From a virus (taxonomy: Duplodnaviria; Caudoviricetes): 30,347 nucleotides of DNA. Below, piece after piece: positions 19,032-27,413 of the stretch. Position 1 is the first letter of the stretch, and each line of letters starts with the position of its first letter. The DNA is taken from the IMG/VR virus record IMGVR_UViG_3300049782_000146, positions 1-30,347 of that record; one strand, 5' to 3'. Below the pieces are notes generated by a model, which did not search any database, had not been told where the DNA came from, and saw only the letters and a program-made list of their open reading frames with translations. A program made the translations under genes and the position numbers.

Positions 19032-19472
19032 ATGGCGATTGATCTCGGTCAGAAATACGTCGTCATCGATGAGGAAGGTCGAGCGGTGGCCTTCTATGCC
19101 GCCAACTTCAACTCATCGATCCCACCCGAGGCGGTCCCGATCTCTGACGCTGTCTGGGCGGAGTGGTCCGCGGCGAGCCAGCGAAAACTCTGGGCAGGCG
19201 GCGAACTACTGGACGTTCCAGAGGCAGGACCAGGACCTGCACCCATCCCGTCCTCCATCACTGCCCGGCAGGCCCGGCTCGCTCTGCTGCAGGCCGATCT
19301 GCTGGATCAGGTAGATGCTGCCGTAGCGAAGGCGGATCGCGCTGCGCAGGTGGAGTGGCAGTACGCCTCCACCATCGACCGGCACAGCACACTTGTTGCT
19401 AGCCTGGCGGCCAGCGTTCCACTGACCGACGCGCAATTGGACCAACTCTTCAAGGCCGCCGCGGCGCTCTAG
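19032..19472 (+). CDS. Tail fibre assembly chaperone
   Basis: IPPEAVPISDAVW N-terminal domain plus ITARQARLAL...EWQYA...LDQLFKAAA domain. Confidence 0.75.
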   Translation: MAIDLGQKYVVIDEEGRAVAFYAANFNSSIPPEAVPISDAVWAEWSAASQRKLWAGGELLDVPEAGPGPAPIPSSITARQARLALLQADLLDQVDAAVAKADRAAQVEWQYASTIDRHSTLVASLAASVPLTDAQLDQLFKAAAAL

Positions 19473-19503
19473 CCACCACCCTCCTACATTCCGGAGTACC
19501 TGC

Positions 19504-21639
19504 ATGTCGGAGACGACTTCGCCGGCCGTGCTGCTGCGTGCACGCATCGGTGCGTATCGAGACGCCCGCCGCAAGCGCCGCACGATCGGCTCCACGGTGT
19601 CCGTGTGGATCGAAGCCTTTGATGAAGTGACTGACGCGCTGCTACCGATCGAGGGCACGCTCGCGGCTCTGTACTGGCTGCCGACCCTCGCTGACTACGA
19701 CAGCCCCGCGCAGTCGGTCGAGCCCGTTCAGACTGTCCCCGGACAATGGCGGGTGGACGTGCCGGGCGAGATGGTGGGCACCTACACCGTCCAGGCCTCG
19801 TTGCTGCTGGGCGATGTGACGGCCGAGGCGGTCGAGATCCAGTTCGATATCGACAGCCTTGGCGGGATCGCCGTGACCTCCACGGGTGAAATCCCGTGGG
19901 CTGCGGTGTCTGCGGCGGGCGCTGCGGCTGGCGCGTCCGCAGGCATCGCGGCTGGACGTAGCGCGGGCGCAGCGTCTGGTGCAGAAGCTGGAGCGGCTGC
20001 TGGTGCCTCTGCAGGGGCAGCCTCAGCAGCTGAGATCGCGGTGGAGGCAGTCGCCCCCGCCGTCCAACAGGTCACCCAAGCCGCCGCGACCGTCGCCACC
20101 CAGGCGGGGGAGGTGGCGGGGAATGCGCAGGCGGCGCAGGAAGCGGCGGAGGCGGCTTCCCAGAGCGCCGAGCAGGCCGGGACGGCAGGGGCCGAAGCGG
20201 GATCGGCCAGTGGCGCTGAGGCGGGCTCAGCAGCAGCTCAAGCTGTTCTAAATGCGAAGGCGGATATAGCGGCACTTGATGAAGCCACGACCTTCACGGC
20301 CGGGTACACCGGGGCGGCTCCCCGTCCGCTGAAGGACTGGGCAGCCGATGGCGGGCCGTCCATCCGCGACTGGCGACTGTCTACTGACCCCGTGAACGAC
20401 TGGGGGAGCACCATCGATCGGGCGGCGCAGGCGGTGTCGAATGCCGGCGGAGGATCGCTGCGTGTTCCTGTCGGCGTCTTCGTGCTGGATCAGCCGCACA
20501 CCCCTAAGAGCGGCGTGATCCTCACTGGATCAGACCGGCGACAGGCGATCCTACAAAAGTCAGGGGGGTCAAATACATTCGATCTGATCCACATTTCGGG
20601 GGCGGTGTCTAACATCGCTCTCCGAGAGCTTGGTCTTGACGGTAATCGGCGCGCCCAAACTGATGCGGCAGCGGCTCAGTCTACCATTGCAATTGATGAT
20701 CCAACCACAACAGCCAGTGACTGCCGGATAGAGCGGTGTCGCATCTGGCAGTGGTCGCAGCAAGGCATGGGCGTACATGTTAAGGGTTACCGGGGCGTTA
20801 TCCTCCATGACAACGACATTGAAGACGGTGGAGACCCGAGCCTATATCACGCCATCTACACGCGGCGATGCAGCGACGTTGCCGTGACATGGAACCGCAT
20901 CAAGAACGCTCTCGGGCAAGGCGTTAAAGTAGTTGATAATCAAGTCAGCGCCTACGACTGCCTGGTTGCGTACAATCGAATTGAGGGCGGTAATCGAGGC
21001 ATCGCTGTCAGCGATGTGGACGACGTAACCGTCATCGGAAACCGCATTTACAACATGGTTTCTGAAGGCATTCGTCTTGGGACCGAGAGCGAACCGAGCC
21101 TCACTAACGCTCAGATCCTTTCAAATCGCATTGCCTTTGCGGGGGACGGCATCGTTCTGGTAGCGGCCCATCGCACAATCGTTCAAGGCAACGTCATTAG
21201 AGAGGCAACAGCCTCAGGCATCCAGATCAACGGTACGATTGGAACGAATGTCGAGGGTAACGCTGTTATCAACACGATTACACCCATTCCAGCAGGCCAA
21301 GGCGTGCATCAGATTACTGTTCCGCCTAGCGGAGCTTGTAGCAATCTGAAGGTGATCGGAAATCATCTTCGCTTGGGCGTTGGCGGTGGTACGTCTCGTA
21401 ACGGCATCAACATCCGTGGTTCTGGACACACGGATGTCACTATCGCAGACAACGCCTTTGAAGGCGGAGGCTTCACTACCCGCGAAGCATCTTCGGTGGA
21501 CTACAAGATATCGCCTCATCGGGTAATGCGTGTTGCGACGGGGAAGGTGGATGATACCACCCCCCTGCCCACCAGTGCTACCGGGCTTACATCAGGGACG
21601 CTCTGGAACAACGGAGGGGTGGTCAATGTGGTCCCCTGA
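19504..21639 (+). CDS. Tailspike / depolymerase with right-handed parallel beta-helix
   Basis: N-terminal adaptor, Ala/Gly linker, GGGSLRVPVG entry to the beta-helix, repeated xxxNxI rungs, C-terminal LPTSATGLTSGTLWNNGGVV. Confidence 0.85.
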   Translation: MSETTSPAVLLRARIGAYRDARRKRRTIGSTVSVWIEAFDEVTDALLPIEGTLAALYWLPTLADYDSPAQSVEPVQTVPGQWRVDVPGEMVGTYTVQASLLLGDVTAEAVEIQFDIDSLGGIAVTSTGEIPWAAVSAAGAAAGASAGIAAGRSAGAASGAEAGAAAGASAGAASAAEIAVEAVAPAVQQVTQAAATVATQAGEVAGNAQAAQEAAEAASQSAEQAGTAGAEAGSASGAEAGSAAAQAVLNAKADIAALDEATTFTAGYTGAAPRPLKDWAADGGPSIRDWRLSTDPVNDWGSTIDRAAQAVSNAGGGSLRVPVGVFVLDQPHTPKSGVILTGSDRRQAILQKSGGSNTFDLIHISGAVSNIALRELGLDGNRRAQTDAAAAQSTIAIDDPTTTASDCRIERCRIWQWSQQGMGVHVKGYRGVILHDNDIEDGGDPSLYHAIYTRRCSDVAVTWNRIKNALGQGVKVVDNQVSAYDCLVAYNRIEGGNRGIAVSDVDDVTVIGNRIYNMVSEGIRLGTESEPSLTNAQILSNRIAFAGDGIVLVAAHRTIVQGNVIREATASGIQINGTIGTNVEGNAVINTITPIPAGQGVHQITVPPSGACSNLKVIGNHLRLGVGGGTSRNGINIRGSGHTDVTIADNAFEGGGFTTREASSVDYKISPHRVMRVATGKVDDTTPLPTSATGLTSGTLWNNGGVVNVVP
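19905..20245 (+). repeat. Ala/Gly/Ser/Glu low-complexity coding repeats in the tailspike linker
   Basis: Recurring AGAAAGASAG / SGAEAG units; degenerate at the DNA level. Confidence 0.7.
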
Positions 21640-21659
21640 CCCCCACCCGAGGGCACCGC

Positions 21660-22991
21660 TCAAGAAGCGGCGACCTTCTTAGCCCATGCCACCTTGTTGT
21701 TAGCGGCGAAGCTTACATACCTGTAGTCGAGTTCGTTCAGGTTCTGCACACGCAAATTCAGATGCTGTGCTCGTGTCAGCGCGTAGAAGAAAGCGGATTG
21801 ATCCACTCCCCAGATTGGGTTCTGTCCTGATGCACCTTCAACCCTGTGATAGTAAGCGGCGACGTAATTGAGCAGGCGGCGGTTTTGTTCCGTTCTTCTT
21901 ATATACATGAGGTTCACGATTACCCGCTTCCAAGGAAAATAATTCCTCCTGGGCCGGATGCGCACGGCGACATCGGCACCGTCCACACCCCTCGCTAGTT
22001 CATCTGCTTGACCAGATAAGCTTACATCTATGTCGCTGATAATAATGTCTGAGCCGTACAGGTCCATAATTGACCTTGCAGCCAAGAAACGCACCGACGC
22101 GAAATATGGGCGCTGATCGGCGGTGTCATGGTGTGTGCTGTAGCTGTAATTGACGGCCAAATCGGGGTGTCGATTAGCTATCCGCTCGCGGACGTCTCTC
22201 GTCGAGGAGGTCGGGTTCACGATGTGAAGGTGAATGGTGCCCCGGTATTTGTTGGCTGCCGCGGATGCAGTGACCGCTTCGGCGAACTTCTCGAAGTATT
22301 TCGCATCGGCAGCGCAAAAGTGCACGGGCGCATCTGGATTGTGGCGGTTGCTGATATCCAACTGCCATTCGAACGGCTTGCCTGCCGCCTCGTTCTCCAG
22401 GTCATCATACGAGCTGTCCTCCCAAGGCAACACAGAAAAGATCGGATGCTGGACAGCGGGGAGCGGAAACTCATTCTGCCCGATGTTATTCCTTGCCTCC
22501 ACGATCAGCCGCGTCGCCTTCTCATGGTGACCTGAGAGGAAGTTTAGTGCGGCACGCGCCAAGATAAACCAAGCATCGTTCGGGAAGCGCGTGGCCCAAT
22601 CTTTCACAAAGCGGCGGTTTTCCGCAAGTGCACTAGGCTCGGAGCTTTCGAAGTTGCTCAGCAGCAGGAAGTTCGCGGACGCTTTCCACAATCGCGTCGC
22701 GTTCTCTGGTGGCCCCAAGATCGCGAGCGTTTGGGTGAACCAAGCCGCGCTCTCAGTGTATTTTCGTGAGTTAAATAGGCGGTGTGCCACTCTGTAGGAA
22801 TGCCAAGCAGTCTCCGCGTCTGCAGGGCTGGACACCCGCCGCACTAAATAGTCGTCGATATCATCGCTTCGGTTTATTTTGAGGTATCTGCCATCTTTCT
22901 CAATGACCGACAAAATCAAGGGTTCAGCCTCCTTGAGCTTGCCAGAGCGAACAAGGTTTATGCCCTCAGCGTAAATCTTAGCTGTGTTCAT
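21660..22991 (-). CDS. TPR-like N-terminus plus GT-A fold glycosyltransferase-like protein (moron)
   Basis: FCAADAKYF, HLHIVNP, YFASVRF, DxD motif IISDID, late WGVDQSAF; visibly lower GC than the structural genes. Confidence 0.65.
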   Translation of the reverse strand: MNTAKIYAEGINLVRSGKLKEAEPLILSVIEKDGRYLKINRSDDIDDYLVRRVSSPADAETAWHSYRVAHRLFNSRKYTESAAWFTQTLAILGPPENATRLWKASANFLLLSNFESSEPSALAENRRFVKDWATRFPNDAWFILARAALNFLSGHHEKATRLIVEARNNIGQNEFPLPAVQHPIFSVLPWEDSSYDDLENEAAGKPFEWQLDISNRHNPDAPVHFCAADAKYFEKFAEAVTASAAANKYRGTIHLHIVNPTSSTRDVRERIANRHPDLAVNYSYSTHHDTADQRPYFASVRFLAARSIMDLYGSDIIISDIDVSLSGQADELARGVDGADVAVRIRPRRNYFPWKRVIVNLMYIRRTEQNRRLLNYVAAYYHRVEGASGQNPIWGVDQSAFFYALTRAQHLNLRVQNLNELDYRYVSFAANNKVAWAKKVAAS

Positions 22992-23221
22992 TTATAATGA
23001 CCGCCGAATGTCCACCGTAACCCGCGCGATGCCGAAGCAGGCGCAGGAATGTGAGGGTATCATAGGGATGTTGCGAGATTGTGGAACTGGCCCTCCAAGG
23101 GAGGCTTTTTCCCAGATGCTGGGGTATGCGCCGCGCATACGGAGCCTGACTGATGCCGAGTAGGGGGAGCGTCACTATGCCCGGCGTGCGCGTGGTGCAG
23201 ACTGTGGTGGGGGGATAGGGG

Positions 23222-23668
23222 ATGAGCGCATTCGTCCGCATCCGACAATGGTTCAGCCGCTTGGTGCACCGACCGGCGGACCTCTTCGATATCGCCTCGG
23301 GCTTTGCCACCACACTTTTCGTGGTGCTCGCAGCATGGAACCACGCCGATCCGCAGGTGTCGCCCAGCATGTCCTTCATCGGCGACAAGGCGCCGTGGTG
23401 GCTGTGGTTCACCGTCATCGGCCTGGCCGCTGCGTGCCAGCCAGTCGCCCTCCATCTGGACGACCCCGACGACCCGCGGCACCCGTTGCTGCAGCCCGCC
23501 AAGTGGGCGCGTTTCATCCTGGCTGGCACGATCGGCTGCTGGTTCTTCATCCTCTACTGGTCAATGTGGCTGAAGCTCGGGCCCCACCACGTCGAGGCCC
23601 TGTACCTCATGATGGTCGGGATGAACGCCTACATCGTCGCGCACGTCCTCTTCCGAGCCCGTGATTGA
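23222..23668 (+). CDS. Multi-pass membrane protein (holin candidate)
   Basis: About four hydrophobic segments; GGGGATAGGGG purine tract before the ATG; first gene of the lysis region. Confidence 0.65.
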   Translation: MSAFVRIRQWFSRLVHRPADLFDIASGFATTLFVVLAAWNHADPQVSPSMSFIGDKAPWWLWFTVIGLAAACQPVALHLDDPDDPRHPLLQPAKWARFILAGTIGCWFFILYWSMWLKLGPHHVEALYLMMVGMNAYIVAHVLFRARD

Positions 23669-24201
23669 TGGATGCCCTGCCGGTTGATCTGCTGAAGCAG
23701 GTCCACCCGGTCTATGGCGGCGCCATCGGCTTTGGGTTCTGGGTACTCTTGCAGTGCTGGAGAGCCTGGCGGGAGTTCAAGCGCGAGCAGCGCGACGTGG
23801 GAAAGGTGGACGACACCAAGGAGCAGAACCGGCAGGCACGGCTCACCAGTGGCTTCGCTGCCCTCGACGCGAGCCGGGACAAGCAGATCGCCAACCTCAC
23901 CGCCCAGCTTGAGGAGCGGCAGCAGGAAATGGATGCGGCGGGCCGCAGGCACCGCGCTGAGCTAGGCCGCCTCGATACTCGCTTGGCCGCGAAGTCCGAG
24001 ACGCTGGTCCGAACCGAGGCAGACCGCGATCGGGGCTGGGACCTGGCGCGCGAATGCCACGATGATCTGCGCGCCATGCGGCACGCTGCAAACGACCGTA
24101 TCGAGCAGGCCTATGCGGCCGGGAAGTTCGGCCTGCCGATGCCTGAGGGTATTGCGCCGGTTCCGCCCCTGCATACCCGCGCCGGGAAGCGGCCGGACTA
24201 A
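23665..24201 (+). CDS. N-terminal TM plus coiled-coil phage protein (lysis accessory candidate)
   Basis: GGAIGFGFWVLL TM followed by charged heptads; overlaps the previous stop. Confidence 0.65.
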   Translation: MMDALPVDLLKQVHPVYGGAIGFGFWVLLQCWRAWREFKREQRDVGKVDDTKEQNRQARLTSGFAALDASRDKQIANLTAQLEERQQEMDAAGRRHRAELGRLDTRLAAKSETLVRTEADRDRGWDLARECHDDLRAMRHAANDRIEQAYAAGKFGLPMPEGIAPVPPLHTRAGKRPD

Positions 24202-24215
24202 CCGCGCCTCATTCG

Positions 24216-24473
24216 TTAGTTAGGTCGGTGAAGGCGCTTCGGGATCGGGACCAAGCTGCCGGTGTGAAAAGCCACTTCGAGGCCGAGTTCATCTGCACGA
24301 GCCTCGGACACTACGACAAAGTTTGGTCCGGCTGAGGTCTGGTAGGTAACGACAACGTACCGTGGATCGTCTTCTGTCCTGGGATCGGACAAGCTCTCGA
24401 TCCTGAGAATGCGCGCTAGGCCGTCCGGGAGGACGCAAGTCCTGTCCGTTCCTTCAACAATCTTTAGAGCCAT
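24216..24473 (-). CDS. Hypothetical protein, 85 aa, paralogue A
   Basis: GAGGAG RBS upstream of ATG 24473; similar to 24578-24814. Confidence 0.75.
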   Translation of the reverse strand: MALKIVEGTDRTCVLPDGLARILRIESLSDPRTEDDPRYVVVTYQTSAGPNFVVVSEARADELGLEVAFHTGSLVPIPKRLHRPN

Positions 24474-24561
24474 GCGGCCTGTCTCCTCATGCGAGGAGGC
24501 TGCGGATAGGCGCACAAGCGATAAATGACATTCACTCTCATTAACATTGCGTATTCGTGGC

Positions 24562-24914
24562 CCGCCGCCCGGCGGCTCTACACTCGTGGGATCGGAACCA
24601 GATGACCTTCTTGGAGGGCCTCGTAGATCCCGAGCTCCGCCGCCCGCTCAGAGCTCATGACGACGAAACTGGAGCGGAACGCCACCCGGTACCGGATCGC
24701 CACGAGGTGCGACGCATCCAGCCCCGGACCGGAAATCGTCTCGACACTCAGAATGTGGGCAAGGCCGTTCGACGGCGCCAGTGCTGCGCCGTCATCGTTT
24801 CCAATACGTGCCATGGCACTCACCTGCTCAGAGGCTGGCGGGCCAATGAGCTGATGCGTCCGCTTCCGCATTCACCTTCGTTATTCGCTGCGTAGTGATC
24901 CGCCGCCCGGCGGC
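24562..24914. repeat. 15-bp direct repeat CCGCCGCCCGGCGGC (24562-24576 and 24900-24914) within diverged duplicated leaders
   Basis: Exact 15-mer with an internal palindrome GCCGCC-C-GGCGGC; both copies are preceded by CATTCAC and TGCGTA. Confidence 0.8.
24578..24814 (-). CDS. Hypothetical protein, 78 aa, paralogue B
   Basis: AGGTGA RBS upstream of ATG 24814; shares GLAxILxxE, FVVxSxxRAxELG, GxLVPIP with paralogue A. Confidence 0.75.
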   Translation of the reverse strand: MARIGNDDGAALAPSNGLAHILSVETISGPGLDASHLVAIRYRVAFRSSFVVMSSERAAELGIYEALQEGHLVPIPRV

Positions 24915-24945
24915 ACCCGGGCACCCCCAATAATCTGGAGAACCC

Positions 24946-25560
24946 ATGGCGCCCCTCATAGCGGCGGCTCTCGGGCTTGCGCCTGTGCTGCTGGACGCGC
25001 TGGTCGGAGACAAGGCCGGCAAGGTGGCAGCGCAGGTGACGGACGTGGTGCGCTCCGTCGCAGGCACTGATGACCCGGCCGTGATTGCTGGCCTGCCGCC
25101 CGAGAAGAAGGCCGAGCTACAGAAGCACCTGGCAGAGATCGCCTTGCGGACACGGCAGGCCGAGTTGGCCGACGTTGCGAACGCCCGACAGATGGGAACG
25201 CAGGTCAGCTTGATCGCCTGGGCCCAGGTGTCTGGCGGCGCGGCCATCCTGGCGGTCTGGGCCTTCATGGTGCTGCGCATGGCGACCTATGGGCTGCCGG
25301 TGGGCTCGGGCGAGTTCTACGCCACTGCCTTAGCCGGCGTCTCGGGCGTGCTCGGCGGGATCATCCAGTTCTTCTTCGGCAACTCGACGGCCTCCCATGC
25401 GGCCAACAACCGGATGGACATGCTGGCATCTCACGTCACCAGCACCGCTCAGCCCGCAGCAATCGCCACCACCGCGCCTGTCGTCGTGGCCGCCCCTCAG
25501 CCCGATCCCACCGCCACGGCCGACGAGCTGATGGACCGGTTTAATCCGCGTCCTCGATAG
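24946..25560 (+). CDS. Phage membrane protein (holin-like)
   Basis: GGAG RBS; amphipathic N-terminus, ELADVANARQM, two TM helices ending QFFFGNS. Confidence 0.7.
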   Translation: MAPLIAAALGLAPVLLDALVGDKAGKVAAQVTDVVRSVAGTDDPAVIAGLPPEKKAELQKHLAEIALRTRQAELADVANARQMGTQVSLIAWAQVSGGAAILAVWAFMVLRMATYGLPVGSGEFYATALAGVSGVLGGIIQFFFGNSTASHAANNRMDMLASHVTSTAQPAAIATTAPVVVAAPQPDPTATADELMDRFNPRPR

Positions 25561-25615
25561 GTCCATTTAGAATCTAATACTGCACGGAAAACACTAGGTT
25601 TTCAGGCAAAATGCG

Positions 25616-25652
25616 GGCCGCGATCGGTGCTGGAAACACCTCTCGCGACCCT
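25616..25652 (+). promoter_or_regulatory. Structured leader hairpin upstream of the HNH gene
   Basis: GGGCCGCGA-TC-GGTG-CTGGAAA-CACC-TC-TCGCGACCC; preceded by an AT-rich stretch containing inverted repeat GAAAAC-ACTAG-GTTTTC. Confidence 0.5.
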
Positions 25653-25678
25653 GACCACCAAGCCCGTCTGGAGGCTCA

Positions 25679-26221
25679 ATGGCTGAGCAGATTGATAGCG
25701 CGCCCGAGTGGCGCGTCATACCGTCTTTTCCTGACTATGAGGCATCGAGCGACGGGCAGATCCGGCGCCGGACAGTGCCGCGGGCGAAGCCAAATCACTT
25801 CGGCCCAGGGTACGTCAAAAAGACCGATAACAAGGGCGGCTATCTCTACTGCGCCATGACAAGGCCGGGGTGGAGAGGATCTGTCACCGTCCATCGGTTG
25901 GTGTGTGAAGCATTCCACGGACCCGCTCCATCCAGTCAGCACCAGGTCGCGCATAGCGACTGTAACCGCTTGAACAACAGTGCGGCAAACCTGCGCTGGG
26001 CGACGCAGAGAGAGAACGCGCAAGACACTATCCGTCTTGGCAGGCAAGCGCGAGGCGAGCGCAGCGCGAAGGCTAAACTGACGGCTGCGCAGGTCACTGA
26101 AATCAAGCGCCGACGCGCTGCAGGTGAGCCTTATCACCGGCTCGGCGCTCAGTTCTCCGTGAGCCCGCAAGCCATCTTCCACATCGCGCGCGGGCAAAAC
26201 TGGAAGCACATCCCTGAGTAG
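25679..26221 (+). CDS. NUMOD4 + HNH homing endonuclease with C-terminal HTH
   Basis: EWRVIPSFPDYEASSDGQIR (NUMOD4); VHRLVCEAFHG...AHSDCNRLNN..NLRWAT..EN (HNH); AKLT...I C-terminal domain; GGAGG RBS. Confidence 0.92.
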   Translation: MAEQIDSAPEWRVIPSFPDYEASSDGQIRRRTVPRAKPNHFGPGYVKKTDNKGGYLYCAMTRPGWRGSVTVHRLVCEAFHGPAPSSQHQVAHSDCNRLNNSAANLRWATQRENAQDTIRLGRQARGERSAKAKLTAAQVTEIKRRRAAGEPYHRLGAQFSVSPQAIFHIARGQNWKHIPE

Positions 26222-26231
26222 GAGAGACCAT

Positions 26232-27413
26232 ATGCTCGATATCACCCGCTACGACGATCATGCTGGCTATGCGCGGGGCACCCGCGGCGGCCATGGAGGC
26301 AAGGTCGTCACGGTCAAGACCGGCGACGAGCTGAACGCAGCCGCTGCGGCGCGCAGCAAGGAGAAGAGCCCGGAGCCGGTGATCTGGTTCGTGGATGGCG
26401 ACATAACGGACGCCAACACCAAAGGGTCTGCCATCGACATCAAGAAGCAGAGCCGCTGGAGCCTGATCGGCAACGGCACGGCCAAGATCACCGATGTAGG
26501 CGTGCATGTGGCGGATGCCTGCGAGGATTTCGTGATCGGAAACCTCGATATTGCGCGCGTAAACCAGGGCCCGAAGGATGCCATCGGCGTTGAGAAGAAC
26601 TGTCAGATGGGCATCATCTTGCACAATCGCTGCCGCGGCAGCATGCAGGTGGACAAGGACCACTTTGACGGCCTCTGCGACCTGAAGCACAACACTCGGA
26701 AGATCGCGATAATCTTCAACGAGTTCTTCGACCATCATAAGGTTGGGCTGGTCGGATCGAGCGATAGCGATATCGACAGCACCGAGATCACCTGGAACCA
26801 CAATTACTATCACGAGGTGGGCTCGCGCTGCCCGCTGCTCCGAGGCGGCAAGGGCCACTTCTACAACAACTACCTGAAGAACGTGGAGACCAGCGGCTGC
26901 AACATCCGCCAGGGTGCCGAGGCGCTGATTGAGAACAACGTCTTCGAGAACGTGCACGACCCGATCGTCAGCGAAGACAGCAAGACGGTCGGAAAATGGA
27001 ATTTGAAGGGGAACCTCATCGAGAACCCGACCTGGGGGAAGGTCGAGAAGGGTGAGGCTTCGGCGCAGAACGGGGCGAGCACCACCGATTTCCAGGTGCC
27101 CTACACCTACGCGCTGCGCCCGGTCGAGGAGGTGAAGGCCTTCGTCACGACCTGGGCGGGCGTGTTGCTGGACGGGAAGGGGGTGCCGGGGCAGGGGGCT
27201 CCTGCCCAGCAGCCGGAGCCTGAGCAGCCTGAGCCCCAGGTGCCGCAGCAGCCCACGGAGCAAGTGCCTGAGCAGCCGGTGGAGCAGCCCGCCGAGGAGC
27301 CCGTGGAGGTGGTGGACGGCACGGCCATGGTGGCGGCGCTGGATGACATGGCGAAGGGCTTCGCGGACGTGCAGCGGGGCATTTCCGCGCTGCGGAAGGC
27401 GCTGGGCGGATGA
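26232..27413 (+). CDS. Pectate lyase, polysaccharide lyase family 1 (PL1)
   Basis: GYA...TRGGHGGKVVTV, SLIG, KDAI, DGLCD, HHKVGLVG, ITWNHNYY, SRCPLLRGG (RxPxxR), HFYNNY, IENNVFE, PYTY; AGGAG RBS; no signal peptide. Confidence 0.9.
   Translation: MLDITRYDDHAGYARGTRGGHGGKVVTVKTGDELNAAAAARSKEKSPEPVIWFVDGDITDANTKGSAIDIKKQSRWSLIGNGTAKITDVGVHVADACEDFVIGNLDIARVNQGPKDAIGVEKNCQMGIILHNRCRGSMQVDKDHFDGLCDLKHNTRKIAIIFNEFFDHHKVGLVGSSDSDIDSTEITWNHNYYHEVGSRCPLLRGGKGHFYNNYLKNVETSGCNIRQGAEALIENNVFENVHDPIVSEDSKTVGKWNLKGNLIENPTWGKVEKGEASAQNGASTTDFQVPYTYALRPVEEVKAFVTTWAGVLLDGKGVPGQGAPAQQPEPEQPEPQVPQQPTEQVPEQPVEQPAEEPVEVVDGTAMVAALDDMAKGFADVQRGISALRKALGG
27200..27310 (+). repeat. Pro/Gln/Glu-rich linker repeats in the pectate lyase C-terminus
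   Basis: QQPEPEQPEPQVPQQPTEQVPEQPVEQPAEEPVE; recurring GAGCAGCC. Confidence 0.75.

Noticed and set aside
9200-19472. Tailocin, eCIS or gene transfer agent
   Set aside because: Terminase, portal and capsid genes are all present with a contractile tail, so this is a myophage-type prophage; RcGTA-type elements are non-contractile.
18417-21639. Diversity-generating retroelement or invertible tail-fibre shufflon
   Set aside because: No reverse transcriptase, invertase or template/variable repeat pair was seen in the window.
23090-23110. Terminator-like CCTCC-AAG-GGAGG followed by CTTTTT
   Set aside because: The stem is only 5 bp and there is no adjacent upstream + strand gene; too weak to call.
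24541-24555. CtrA box (TTAA-N7-TTAA)
   Set aside because: Only one half-site matches, and it is not retained in the paralogous leader.
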